Notes under the pieces: generated by a model
Databases searched by the model: none
Told to the model about the DNA's origin: nothing
What the model saw: only the letters and a program-made list of their open reading frames with translations
Made by a program: the position numbers and the translations under genes
Source of the DNA: Candidatus Hydrogenedentota bacterium
GTDB lineage: Bacteria > Hydrogenedentota > Hydrogenedentia > Hydrogenedentales > JAEUWI01
Assembly (NCBI GenBank): GCA_034669905.1
Contig: JAXMOL010000069.1
Location: 1-34,737 of the forward strand
DNA: 34,737 nucleotides
Direction: 5' to 3'
Shown here: positions 21,714 through 31,662 of the stretch, one piece after another
Layout of the letters: each line of letters opens with the position of its first letter
How positions within the stretch are numbered: position 1 is the first letter of the stretch

Positions 21714-23063
21714 ATGAAATCCACGACCATCGAAAGCCTACCTCCCTGGCTGGAATTCTTCACTTTTCCCAGTGTGAATGTCCTCCATGTGTTGTTGGGC
21801 TGTATTATTCTGGGCGTGAGTGCCGGCCTGCTGGGCTCCTTCGCATTCTTGCGTAAACGTTCCCTGTTGGGCGACGCCCTTTCGCACGCCGCCCTGCCCG
21901 GTGTTTGCATGGCATTCATGTTGACCGGCACCAAGAATCCGGCAGTCATTCTCTGCGGCGCGGTCTTGTCATGCTGGGTAGGTGCCCTGGCCATCGAGTG
22001 GATTGTGAAGTACACGCGGTGCAAGGAAGATAGTGCCCTGGGTATGGTGCTGTCGGTTTTCTTCGGGCTGGGGATCTTGCTGCTGACCCACATTCAGAAA
22101 TCCGGCCAGGCGGCCCAATCGGGTCTCGATAAATTTCTCTTTGGGCAGGCCGCCTCCCTCGTCGAGCGGGATCTCTACATCCTGGGCGGGTTGGGCTTGT
22201 TCTTATGTTTCGTCGTCATGCTGGCCTTCAAAGAATTCAAGATAGTTTCCTTCGACCCGGATTTCGCGCAGGCGGTGGGGCTTCCGGTTCGGTTGGTGGA
22301 ATTCAGTCTCGCGACTCTCATCGTGCTGGCGGTGTGTATCGGGCTGCAGGCGGTGGGCGTGGTGTTGATGGCGGCCATGCTGGTTACTCCAGCGGCCGCG
22401 GCCCGCTATTGGACCAACAATCTTTCGCGGATGCTCTGGCTTGCCACCCTGTTTGGCGGGTTGAGCGGCGCAATCGGGGCCTACGTCAGTTACCTCAGTG
22501 TGAAAATGCCAACGGGACCCTGGATGGTCGTCGCGGTAACGAGCATCTTTATCGGGTCGTTCTTGTTTGCGCCGCAGCGCGGTGCACTGGCTCGGGCGCG
22601 ACGTCATCGGCTCTTTCGCCAGAAAACCGCCAAAGAAAACATTCTGCGGACCACCTACAAGTTTGCGGAGCAGGCGGGCCGATGGGATACCCCGGTTTCC
22701 ATGAGTGAACTGCTCCAGCACCGCGAAATGTCCATGGCCCAATTGCGCAAGACGATCTCCCGTCTTACCCGCGCGGGATTTATGGATGAGGCCCACGCGG
22801 GACTATTCTATCTCACTGCGGCGGGCAAGGAAGAGGCCGAGCGTGTGACCCGTTTGCACCGCCTCTGGGAACTCTATCTTATGACCAAGTTGGAAATCGC
22901 GCCCGACCACGTGCACGATGACGCCGAAGAGATTGAGCATATACTTACGCCCGATCTGGAGCGGCGACTCCTGCAGGAACTGGAAGGGGAGTTAACCGAT
23001 CCCCATGGGCAGCAGATTCCCGGTGGCCCCACCGCGACCGCAGAAGGGAGTCCATCCAAATGA
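21714..23063 (+). CDS. Metal ABC transporter permease fused to a C-terminal DtxR/MntR-like repressor domain
   Basis: ABC-3 permease (GDALSHAALPG, LFGQ, TPAAAAR) followed by a wHTH-like region and LTAAG..RLHRLWELYL..HVHDDAEEIEH..DPHGQQIP. Confidence 0.9.
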   Translation: MKSTTIESLPPWLEFFTFPSVNVLHVLLGCIILGVSAGLLGSFAFLRKRSLLGDALSHAALPGVCMAFMLTGTKNPAVILCGAVLSCWVGALAIEWIVKYTRCKEDSALGMVLSVFFGLGILLLTHIQKSGQAAQSGLDKFLFGQAASLVERDLYILGGLGLFLCFVVMLAFKEFKIVSFDPDFAQAVGLPVRLVEFSLATLIVLAVCIGLQAVGVVLMAAMLVTPAAAARYWTNNLSRMLWLATLFGGLSGAIGAYVSYLSVKMPTGPWMVVAVTSIFIGSFLFAPQRGALARARRHRLFRQKTAKENILRTTYKFAEQAGRWDTPVSMSELLQHREMSMAQLRKTISRLTRAGFMDEAHAGLFYLTAAGKEEAERVTRLHRLWELYLMTKLEIAPDHVHDDAEEIEHILTPDLERRLLQELEGELTDPHGQQIPGGPTATAEGSPSK

Positions 23064-23974
23064 TGACCATGGATACGGTGTGGATACTGTTGATTGGAAG
23101 TCTCGTCGCGACATCGTGCGCCTTGGTGGGATGCTTTCTGGTCCTGCGTCGCCTGTCTATGCTGGGCGATGCCATCAGTCATGCGGTCCTGCCCGGGATC
23201 GTGTTGGCCTTCTTGCTTACGGGCAGCCGCAACATTGGTTTCATGCTGATTGGTGCCATGGCCATGGGCATGCTGACCGCCTTTCTGACCGATGTGCTCA
23301 GCCGTTTCGGAAAGCTGCAGTCCGATGCCGCCATGGGGGTGACCTTCACCTGGCTCTTTGCCATTGGCGTCATTCTGGTCAGCAAGTTTACCGGGATGGT
23401 TGATCTGGATGTGGATTGCGTACTCTATGGGGAAATTGTATTGGCCCCCCTCGACGTCATCGAATGGGAGGGACGGGGTTTCGGCCCGCGGGCGGTATGG
23501 CTGACGGGTATCGTATGCGTGGCCAATATCCTCTTTGTTTTGCTGGGCTATAAGCAGCTCAAGGTCTGCGCCTTTGACGCGGGCCTCGCGGCTTCCATCG
23601 GCATCTCGGTAGGGCTCTGGCACTACCTGCTGATGGGCTTCGTTTCCCTGACCACCGTAGCTTCCTTTGAAAGCGTGGGGGCGATTCTCGTAGTGGCCAT
23701 GCTCATCGTGCCGCCCAACACAGCGTATCTGCTGACCGATCGACTTTCCCATATGCTCCTGATTGCGGTCGGAGTGGGGATACTGAGTGCCGTGGGGGGC
23801 TTCTTGCTCGCGACCTGGCTGGACGGTGCTATCGCGGCGGCTATGGCGGTGGTGAGTGGCGTGTTCTATACGCTGGCGGCCCTCTTCGGTCCGCGCCATG
23901 GCGTTCTGGCGAAACACCGCGCCCACCGTCAACTCGACTTGCCGTTTTCGGAAGAAGCGGAACTCGAAAGCTGA
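23060..23974 (+). CDS. troD: Metal ABC transporter permease (TroD/MntD)
   Basis: GDAISHAVLPG, DLDVDCVLYGE, FESVGAILVVAMLIVP; ATGA overlap with the upstream gene. Confidence 0.92.
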   Translation: MMTMDTVWILLIGSLVATSCALVGCFLVLRRLSMLGDAISHAVLPGIVLAFLLTGSRNIGFMLIGAMAMGMLTAFLTDVLSRFGKLQSDAAMGVTFTWLFAIGVILVSKFTGMVDLDVDCVLYGEIVLAPLDVIEWEGRGFGPRAVWLTGIVCVANILFVLLGYKQLKVCAFDAGLAASIGISVGLWHYLLMGFVSLTTVASFESVGAILVVAMLIVPPNTAYLLTDRLSHMLLIAVGVGILSAVGGFLLATWLDGAIAAAMAVVSGVFYTLAALFGPRHGVLAKHRAHRQLDLPFSEEAELES

Positions 23975-24089
23975 CAGGGCCCGTGGTGTCCGAGCGGGCT
24001 TGTCCCGTGCGATGGGCATAGATTTCCGCCTTCGATTCTGCTAGGCTTAACGCGGTTTCGAGGCAGTCTACAGGAGGTCAGCACGAGTT

Positions 24090-24317
24090 ATGAAATATGA
24101 GATTACCTTTATGCGGCGGGGTGAGGTGACAGACAGTCAGAAGGAAGATCTCCTCAGGAAGCTGAAACTCAAATTGCTGAAGGAGAAAGAAAAGGGGCGC
24201 GCTGGTACCTGGATCGTCAAAGGGCCCAATGGGCTGAACGATGCCGATCTGGCAAAGGCCCTGCGACGCTTCAAGATTTCCAAGGAAATGAGCAAGGCGA
24301 CCGTATCGGAATTGTAG
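24090..24317 (+). CDS. Small basic hypothetical protein (75 aa)
   Basis: Strong RBS AGGAGG, Lys-rich, fills an intergenic gap. Confidence 0.7.
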   Translation: MKYEITFMRRGEVTDSQKEDLLRKLKLKLLKEKEKGRAGTWIVKGPNGLNDADLAKALRRFKISKEMSKATVSEL

Positions 24318-24332
24318 GCGCCTGGGGCGCTG

Positions 24333-25244
24333 CTAACGATACAGGGGCTCGCTGGTCGGGGGCTTGGCACCCCCCATGGAGGCATAGCCTTCTCCGTGGG
24401 CAATTGGATTTTCGCCGATCCACCGTTCGTCGATGGGGTCTGCGGCGGGTTGGAAACGCGTGTCGCAGGACAGGCGTACCCGGCCCTTTTTACTCAGGTT
24501 ATCCATGGACCCATGGAGCATGAACATGGGCATGATCACGACATCGCCAGCCTTGAATTCGGCGGTCAGCAGGTGGACGTCGGCCTCTTCGGCCATGGCT
24601 ACGGGATCCATGGTAACGTGTCCGGGGCGGCTCTTATCCTTGTCCACATCAAGCCCTTGGAATTGGGCGTGGAGATCGGTCCAGCGATGGGAGTTCTCTA
24701 CCAGCAACAAGGGGCCCTCTTCCAGGGCCACGTCACCCAAAACCGTCCAGACGGTGTAGAGCCGGTCAGTTCCCCGGTTCATATAGACGTGATCAAAGTG
24801 GAAGGCCGAAGCCCTTCCGGGATGCATGGTGCGTAGCCAGAGGAAGTCATAGGGGCGGACGGCTTCTCCCAACAGCTGCTCCATAATGGAGACAATGGGG
24901 CCGGCATGGGTCACGTTTCGCAGGACCTGCCCTTCGCAAATGGACTGCCAGAAGGCACCGAGATCGGAGACCATTTCGGACCGCAGGCTCGTGCCGGAGG
25001 AAAGCCCCTCGATCAGCGGTTCTTTGAACTCCCCGACGGAGGCAAGCTTCGTGAGGATTTCCAGGCGTGCGGCCAGTACGTCCTCCCGATTCAGTGCACC
25101 CCGTAGATACAGATAGCCTGCGTCGGCCATTTGCGCTTGGAGTGCGTCGGGGTCGCCTATCAGATGGGCGCTGTCCTGCATTTCGGCCAGCATGCCGTGT
25201 GGGATAGGGTGTTGATGGGCGGAGTATTCACCGTTGGTGTTCAT
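24333..25244 (-). CDS. Phytanoyl-CoA dioxygenase (PhyH) family Fe(II)/2OG enzyme
   Basis: HFD (HxD), LHGS distal His, RLSCDTRF, GYLYLRG. Confidence 0.88.
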   Translation of the reverse strand: MNTNGEYSAHQHPIPHGMLAEMQDSAHLIGDPDALQAQMADAGYLYLRGALNREDVLAARLEILTKLASVGEFKEPLIEGLSSGTSLRSEMVSDLGAFWQSICEGQVLRNVTHAGPIVSIMEQLLGEAVRPYDFLWLRTMHPGRASAFHFDHVYMNRGTDRLYTVWTVLGDVALEEGPLLLVENSHRWTDLHAQFQGLDVDKDKSRPGHVTMDPVAMAEEADVHLLTAEFKAGDVVIMPMFMLHGSMDNLSKKGRVRLSCDTRFQPAADPIDERWIGENPIAHGEGYASMGGAKPPTSEPLYR

Positions 25245-25422
25245 GCCTTCATGGGCCCTCCGTGTTAGTTCTGATCCGTTTTTTGATGATGGGACTCATC
25301 ATACGCGACGGTCGGGTATGGCGCAAGATCAGTTGGGAAAGATGTCCGGAGGTGGGGGAGCGTGCTACACTACGGGGCTGCAGACCCATCCTTTACCCGC
25401 TTGAAAAACAGGAATATTCCCC

Positions 25423-26115
25423 ATGCACGAAAAGAAGAAATTCGGAGGTAAGCACCAGCCAAAGGGGTTGTTGGTCCTTCACATGGATCGGGATATTCTG
25501 GTGGTCGACAAGGCCCCGGGGCTCCTGACCATGGGGACGGATCGGCAAAAGGTCGAGACGGCGTATTATCGGTTGACGGACTTCGTGCGGAAGGGCAATC
25601 CGAAATCCCGGGAACGCATCTTCATCGTCCATCGCCTGGACCGGGAAGTTTCCGGTATTTTGCTTTTCGCGCGCACGATTGAGGCCAAGAACAACCTCCA
25701 GGCCCAGTGGGATGCCGTAGAGAAGCGCTACCTGGCCCTGGTCCATGGGGTGCCCCGTGAGCCAGAAGGGGTGTTTCGCTCCTACCTGGTGGAGAATGGC
25801 GTGCATAGCGTGCACTCTACCGAGGACCAGAAACGGGGTAAGCTCTCCGAGACGGGGTATACGCTCATGGGCCAATATCGGGGGGTGAGTTGTCTGGACA
25901 TTCATCTCTTGACGGGACGCAAGCATCAGATTCGGGTCCACCTCTCGGAGAACAAGATGCCCATAGTAGGCGACACGAAGTATGGCGCGCCCAAAGGGGT
26001 GGCGAAACGTCTCGCACTTCACGCGAAGTCCATTGCGTTTAAGCATCCCTATACGGGAAAACCCTGTTTTTACGAGACCCGTACGCCCCACCTCTTCTCG
26101 CGGTACCTTCCCTGA
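25423..26115 (+). CDS. RluA family pseudouridine synthase
   Basis: VVDKAPGLL, VHRLDREVSG, TGRKHQIRVH, PIVGDTKY, LALHA. Confidence 0.93.
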   Translation: MHEKKKFGGKHQPKGLLVLHMDRDILVVDKAPGLLTMGTDRQKVETAYYRLTDFVRKGNPKSRERIFIVHRLDREVSGILLFARTIEAKNNLQAQWDAVEKRYLALVHGVPREPEGVFRSYLVENGVHSVHSTEDQKRGKLSETGYTLMGQYRGVSCLDIHLLTGRKHQIRVHLSENKMPIVGDTKYGAPKGVAKRLALHAKSIAFKHPYTGKPCFYETRTPHLFSRYLP

Positions 26116-26363
26116 ATCGGTGCCTTTTGAGCGCCGATCCAGCGTGTGATAGTATGCAGAGACGTTGCCTGAGGATGATGGCTTGTTCGTGGTGTAAAGT
26201 CCCGATTACATGATATTCCGGGGGCCCCGAATACAGTCATGAGCCCGGTATTGCAGGTGCTTTTTCGGGTGCGTAATTTTGGCGGTAGCGAAGTAGCAAG
26301 GTGTTCGCCCTGGCATGCAGGGCAAACGTCAGCGTATGTGGCCGTGCCACGCTAGGAACTTTC

Positions 26364-28397
26364 ATGGTACTTCATAAGAATCTAATGGCGTTCGTTGTGT
26401 GTGTAGGGACCGCCCTCCTGGCCGGTGCGGGGTATGCCGAGTCGCTCCCCTCGCCGTTGCGTGCGGCCGTCGACCGTGCGGTGTCCGTCGTCAAGCCGGC
26501 GCTGGTTCAGATCCATGTGGTGGAATCCTATTTCCGGGAAGGTCGGGAAACCAAGTACCAGATTTCGGGAAGTGGCGCCGTTATTACGCCCGAAGGCCAC
26601 GTCATCACCAACCACCATGTGGCCGGGCACGCCACCCGCATTAAGGTGATTTTTTTCGACAAAGAAGAGATGGAGGCGACGCTGGTCGGCAAGGATCCGC
26701 TGACCGATCTGGCCATCATCAAGTTACAGCCTGAGACCCCCCGCGAGTTTCCGACCGTGCCTTTTGGCGACTCGGACGCGGTGCGCGTCGGTGATCAGGT
26801 GCTGGCCATGGGAAGCCCCCGTGCCCTGTCCCAGTCGGTGACCTTGGGGATTGTGAGCAACACCCAGATGATCATGCCTGCGTCCATGCGCCGCTACGGT
26901 GGTATGGAAATGGACGGTGAAGACGTGGGAGCGCTCGTGCGTTGGCTGGGCCATGATGCCGCCATTTATCCCGGCAATTCGGGTGGGCCGCTGGTCAATC
27001 TCAATGGCGAGATTATCGGCATCAATGAAATTGGCGTGGGCCTCGGCGGGGCGATTCCTGGCAATCTTGCCAAGCAAGTCGGGGAAGAGCTCATTGCCAA
27101 AGGGAAGATGGAGCGCGCCTGGGTTGGTGTGGAAGTGCAGCCCCGGTTGAAGCACAGTCCCTATGATTCCGGTGTGCTGGTCAGCGGGGTCCTGTCAGCG
27201 TCTCCCGGTGCCGAGGCCGGAATCCAGGCCGGAGACGTGTTGATGGCTATCAATGACATCGGTGTGGACGTGCGCTTTGCCGAGCAGCTCCCTGATTTCA
27301 ACCAACTTGTGGCCGAGTTGCCCATCGGTCAGCCCGTATCCGTGACGCTCCAGCGGGGCGAAGAATCCCTTTCCGTTGAGGTGACCCCCATCGAGCGGGA
27401 GGTTTTCCTTCAGGACGAAGTAGAACTGCGGGCCTGGGGACTGACGGTTCGCGAAATGTCCTTCCGCATGGCGAAAGAGTTGAAGCGCGAGACAACCGAC
27501 GGTGTGCTGGTGACCTCGGTGCGACCAGGTGGTCCGGCCGGTTCCTCCAAGCCGCAGATCAAGCGCAACGACGTGTTGGTCTCGGTCGCCGGTGAAACGA
27601 TTACCGACCTGGCCTCATTGCGGGCAGCGACGGAAAAAATTCAGGTGGATGCCACCGACCCCATACCGACCCTCACCGGATTTGAGCGGAAGAACGGCCA
27701 GTTCTTGACGGTGGTCGATGTGGGACTGAAGGAATTGCAGGATCCGGGCCTGGAAGTGAAGAAAGCCTGGTTGCCCGTAGAGACGCAGGTGATTACGCGC
27801 GACATCGCGGAGCTGCTGGGGGATGAGTCCCTGACGGGGTTCCGGGTGACCCATGTCTACAAAGAGAGCACGGCTGAGAAAGCGGGTATCGAGGTGGGGG
27901 ACCTGATTCACGCGGTGGACGGGCTGCCCCTGACGGCAACGGCGTTGGAGCACTACGAAGAGTTGCCCACGTTGATTCGCCAGTATCGGAGTGGTACGTC
28001 GGTGACCCTGTCCATCAGCCGGGACGGTGAGGCCCGGGAAGTTCCCGTGGAATTGGTGCGTGCGCCGAAACTTGATCGGGAAATGAAGAAGTATCGCAAT
28101 GATGATTTTGAGTTTACCGTGCGCGACATTACCTTTTTCGACAAGGCGGAAGAAAGCTGGGCAACGAGTCAGGCTGGGGTCTTGATCGACGAGGTGACGT
28201 CGGGTGGTTGGGCTGCCTTGGGTCAGCTTGCGGTGGGGGACCTGTTACTGACTATCGACGGCCAGGCCGTCAACACGGTGGAAGACGTGGAGAATCTGCT
28301 GTCGGAACTGGCCGAAAAGAAAGCCGATACGGTCGTGTTCAAGGTGCTCCATGGTATCCACACCGAGTTCATCGAAATCGAGCCGAAGTGGTCTTGA
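26364..28397 (+). CDS. HtrA/DegP-like serine protease with four PDZ domains
   Basis: Signal peptide; triad ITNHHV, DLAII, GNSGGP; four PDZ-like units with G/N-D-[VL]-[LI] motifs; start at ATG 26364 or the next ATG. Confidence 0.9.
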   Translation: MVLHKNLMAFVVCVGTALLAGAGYAESLPSPLRAAVDRAVSVVKPALVQIHVVESYFREGRETKYQISGSGAVITPEGHVITNHHVAGHATRIKVIFFDKEEMEATLVGKDPLTDLAIIKLQPETPREFPTVPFGDSDAVRVGDQVLAMGSPRALSQSVTLGIVSNTQMIMPASMRRYGGMEMDGEDVGALVRWLGHDAAIYPGNSGGPLVNLNGEIIGINEIGVGLGGAIPGNLAKQVGEELIAKGKMERAWVGVEVQPRLKHSPYDSGVLVSGVLSASPGAEAGIQAGDVLMAINDIGVDVRFAEQLPDFNQLVAELPIGQPVSVTLQRGEESLSVEVTPIEREVFLQDEVELRAWGLTVREMSFRMAKELKRETTDGVLVTSVRPGGPAGSSKPQIKRNDVLVSVAGETITDLASLRAATEKIQVDATDPIPTLTGFERKNGQFLTVVDVGLKELQDPGLEVKKAWLPVETQVITRDIAELLGDESLTGFRVTHVYKESTAEKAGIEVGDLIHAVDGLPLTATALEHYEELPTLIRQYRSGTSVTLSISRDGEAREVPVELVRAPKLDREMKKYRNDDFEFTVRDITFFDKAEESWATSQAGVLIDEVTSGGWAALGQLAVGDLLLTIDGQAVNTVEDVENLLSELAEKKADTVVFKVLHGIHTEFIEIEPKWS

Positions 28398-28464
28398 GTG
28401 CAACGGGCTGTTTCAACAGGTCTAAAACATTTTCAATCAACCTTAAATAAGGATAGAGACGTTC

Positions 28465-29244
28465 ATGTACATCCTTCGCAAATACTTCGTTGTGGCCATC
28501 GCACTGCTGATGCTGACGGTTTCTCCAAGTGCACCGGCCCAGTCGGATGCGGAACAGGGGCGGGCCATCCTGGCTGCCAATCAGTCCGCGGTGGTCACCG
28601 TACAGATGGTGGTCAAGATAACCTGGTCTATGGGCGGAAACTCCAATCAGAACGAAAGCAAGGTCGAGGCGACGGGTACGGTAATCGGTGCCGACGGCCT
28701 GACCGTGCTGGCCTTGTCATCCACGGATCCGAGTAGCATCTCCAAGACCATGGGCAGCGACTTCAAGATGGATGCGGAGTTGAGCGATATCAAGCTGCTC
28801 TTGCAAGACGACACCGAAGTGCCGGCCGAGGTGGTTATTCGCGATGTGGAGCTGGACCTGGCTTTCGTGCGGCCCCTGGTAAAACCCGAAGCACCGATGG
28901 CCTTTGTCGATTTGAACGCCAGCGCCGAAGTGCAGATGCTGGACCGCGTGTTGACGCTCAACCGTTTGGGTCGGGTTGCCAACCGGGTATACTCGGCTTC
29001 CTTTGAGTATATCGACGCGGTGGTCGAGAAACCCCGCCGTTACTACATCCCCGGGAATGACCCGACCAGCACCAGTGCAGGCTGCCCTTCCTTCAGCATG
29101 GACGGCAAGATTGTGGGTGTCTTTGTGTTGCGGGCCATCAGCGCCGAAGCGGGAACTGCCGGGCGACGTGACAACGTCATGCCCATTATTCTGCCTGCCG
29201 CAGACATCCTCGATGGGGTAGCGCAGGTGCCGCCGTTCAAGTAA
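28465..29244 (+). CDS. Exported trypsin-fold protein with a degenerate catalytic triad
   Basis: Signal peptide; ATGTVIGADG, DLAFVR, TSAGCPSFSMDGKIVGV align to trypsin-like motifs, but catalytic His and Ser are substituted. Confidence 0.78.
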   Translation: MYILRKYFVVAIALLMLTVSPSAPAQSDAEQGRAILAANQSAVVTVQMVVKITWSMGGNSNQNESKVEATGTVIGADGLTVLALSSTDPSSISKTMGSDFKMDAELSDIKLLLQDDTEVPAEVVIRDVELDLAFVRPLVKPEAPMAFVDLNASAEVQMLDRVLTLNRLGRVANRVYSASFEYIDAVVEKPRRYYIPGNDPTSTSAGCPSFSMDGKIVGVFVLRAISAEAGTAGRRDNVMPIILPAADILDGVAQVPPFK

Positions 29245-29396
29245 CGTCTGGCCAGGTATCCGATTTGTAATCGGATCCTGCTGTAATTTTATGGGATAAC
29301 GCGCGCCCCTCTGCGGAGGGGCGTGTGTCTTCGGGAGCCGCCTCTTGCAGCGGCTTTTGCGTTCAGCAAGGAAGTAATTACGTCGTGTCGGGACTG

Positions 29397-30134
29397 ATGA
29401 AACTCAAGGGACAGACCGCCCTCGTTACCGGGGGGGCCAAACGTTTGGGGGCGGCCGTAGTCCGTGCCTTGGCGGCCGAGGGGGTGAACGGCGTCATCCA
29501 CTACCGAAATTCCCAGGCGGAGGCCGAAGCGTTGGCCCGGGAACTACGTGAGACGGGGGTAGAGGCATTCACCGTGCAGGGGGACCTGGCAGAGCCCGCG
29601 ACCGCCCGACGGGTATGGACCGAGGCCGTGGAAGTGGCCGGTCCCATCGACATCCTCATCAACAGTGCGTCCATTTTTCCCGAGGGGGGATTGGATTCGT
29701 TGAACGAGCAGACGCTGACGGAGAATATGAACGTCAACGCCTTGTCGCCCTTCCACCTGTCGCAATGCATGGCCGAAGCGGAGCAGTCGGGCGTCATCAT
29801 CAATTTCATTGACACCATGGTGCGTGACTATGACAAGCGGCATGTTCCCTATCATCTGAGCAAAAAGGTGTTGCACGATCTGACGCGGATGATGGCGGTG
29901 GAGTATGCGCCGAATATACGCGTGAACGCCGTGGCGCCGGGCCTGGTGCTCCCTCCGGAAGGCAAGGATGAATCCTATCTCGAGGGGCTGAAGCACTCCA
30001 ATTTACTGCAATCTTACGGCTGTGCGGAACAAATCGCCCATGCGGTGTTGTTTCTGTTGACCAATACCTTTGTTACCGGCCAGACCATTTACATAGACGG
30101 CGGCCGCAATTTACGGGGTTCCATGTATGAGTAA
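29397..30134 (+). CDS. folM: SDR pteridine/dihydromonapterin reductase (FolM/PTR1-like)
   Basis: TGGAKRLG (PTR1-type Arg), IHYRNS, INSASIF, YHLSK, VNAVAPG, IDGGR; first gene of the pterin operon. Confidence 0.8.
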   Translation: MKLKGQTALVTGGAKRLGAAVVRALAAEGVNGVIHYRNSQAEAEALARELRETGVEAFTVQGDLAEPATARRVWTEAVEVAGPIDILINSASIFPEGGLDSLNEQTLTENMNVNALSPFHLSQCMAEAEQSGVIINFIDTMVRDYDKRHVPYHLSKKVLHDLTRMMAVEYAPNIRVNAVAPGLVLPPEGKDESYLEGLKHSNLLQSYGCAEQIAHAVLFLLTNTFVTGQTIYIDGGRNLRGSMYE

Positions 30135-30507
30135 GGCGTTAGACAGGATTTATATACGCGATCTTCGGCTCCGTTGTATCGTCGGAATCTATCCGGAAGA
30201 GCGAACCAACAGGCAGGATGTGCTGATCAACGTGGTCATGTGGTGTGATTTGCGGCGGGCGGCGGAAACCGATCAGATAGAAGATACGGTCAATTATAAG
30301 TTTGTAAAGAAAGGTATTACGGCCCTCGTGGAGGGCTCGGACTATCTCCTCATCGAGCGGATGGCGGGCGCTATCGCCGATCTCTGCCTGGAGGAGGCCG
30401 GCGTCGCGCAGGTGCAAGTGACCGTAGACAAGCCCGGTGCCCTGCGATTTGCGCGGAGTGTGGCCGTGGAGATTACCCGAACCCGTGAGGGTAACCATGA
30501 CGGATAG
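30127..30507 (+). CDS. Dihydroneopterin aldolase / triphosphate epimerase (FolB/FolX family)
   Basis: IRDLRLRCIVGIYPEER..RQDV, DTVNY, LIE, DKPGALRFARSV. Confidence 0.9.
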   Translation: MSKALDRIYIRDLRLRCIVGIYPEERTNRQDVLINVVMWCDLRRAAETDQIEDTVNYKFVKKGITALVEGSDYLLIERMAGAIADLCLEEAGVAQVQVTVDKPGALRFARSVAVEITRTREGNHDG

Positions 30508-31027
30508 CCCGTTGGTCGTGGCCTTTGTGTCCGTGGCTGGAAATCTGGAGCCGGAACGGCATCTAGTTGCCGCCATGGAGGCGCTGGAGCAACAGGTGAC
30601 GATCACCGGCGTGTCCCGTTTTTTTCGGACGGCCGCTATTGGAAGACCCGAGCAGCCAGACTACCTGAACGGGGTCATAACAATTCGCACGGGCTTAGCC
30701 CCGGTGGCACTGAGAAACGAACTGTTACGGCCTATTGAGTCCCAGCTGGGGCGCCGTCGCAGCAGCGACCGTTATGCGGCCAGGCCCATTGACTTGGATT
30801 TATTACTCTATCACGACTTGGTGATAGCGGACGAAGAACTGACCCTGCCGGATCCAGATATTCTAACGCGCCCTTTTTTGAGCGCGGGCATACTGGACTT
30901 GGCTCCCCATATGAGGTTGCCGGGCGACGAGCAAGCGCTGCGGCAACGCGTGGATACCCGGGCTATGGCCAATCTTACGGTGGATAGGGCCCTTACCCAA
31001 CGACTCAAGGAGAGATTCATCCCATGA
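30497..31027 (+). CDS. folK: 6-hydroxymethyl-7,8-dihydropterin pyrophosphokinase
   Basis: [37 protein letters not shown]; start at ATG 30497. Confidence 0.88.
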   Translation: MTDSPLVVAFVSVAGNLEPERHLVAAMEALEQQVTITGVSRFFRTAAIGRPEQPDYLNGVITIRTGLAPVALRNELLRPIESQLGRRRSSDRYAARPIDLDLLLYHDLVIADEELTLPDPDILTRPFLSAGILDLAPHMRLPGDEQALRQRVDTRAMANLTVDRALTQRLKERFIP

Positions 31028-31596
31028 ACCAGGAACGTATCGCCGCGCTGGTGCGCGAACTACTCATAGAGTTGGGGGAGGATCCCGACCGGGAAGGCTT
31101 ACAGAAAACGCCCGAACGGGTGGCCCGTGCGATGGACTTTCTCACCTCGGGCTATCGGCAGGATATCGACACCATCATCAATGGCGCGGTATTTGAAGCC
31201 GAATCGAACAATATGATTATCAGTCGTGATATCGAAATCTACAGCCTCTGCGAGCACCACATGCTGCCCTTTTTCGGCCGTTGCCATGTGGGCTATATCG
31301 CGGAAGAGAAGGTGTTGGGCCTGAGTAAGCTCGCGCGCATTGTGGATTTCTATGCGCGGCGCCTGCAGATTCAAGAGCGACTGACGGCGCAGATTGCCGA
31401 AGAAATCATGAACCAGACCCAGGCGGAAGGGGTGGGCGTGGTCATCGAATGCCAGCACCTCTGCAGCATGATGCGGGGCGTGGAGAAACAAAGCTCCGTC
31501 ATGACGACCTCCTCGGTGTTGGGAAGCTTCCGCGATGAAGCCGTAACCCGTCAGGAATTCATGGGCCTGCTCTCCCGGAGTCTACCGCCCATGTAG
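31024..31596 (+). CDS. folE: GTP cyclohydrolase I
   Basis: [49 protein letters not shown]. Confidence 0.96.
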   Translation: MNQERIAALVRELLIELGEDPDREGLQKTPERVARAMDFLTSGYRQDIDTIINGAVFEAESNNMIISRDIEIYSLCEHHMLPFFGRCHVGYIAEEKVLGLSKLARIVDFYARRLQIQERLTAQIAEEIMNQTQAEGVGVVIECQHLCSMMRGVEKQSSVMTTSSVLGSFRDEAVTRQEFMGLLSRSLPPM

Positions 31597-31618
31597 GACC
31601 CCGGATGGCGTGTTCAGC

Positions 31619-31648
31619 TTGCAACCCACCGCCCGCCTTTGGTACTAT
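31619..31648 (+). promoter_or_regulatory. tRNA promoter
   Basis: TTGCAA, 18 bp, TACTAT with a TG extended -10, 14 nt upstream of the tRNA. Confidence 0.55.
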
Positions 31649-31662
31649 TTGCAACACTTCAT

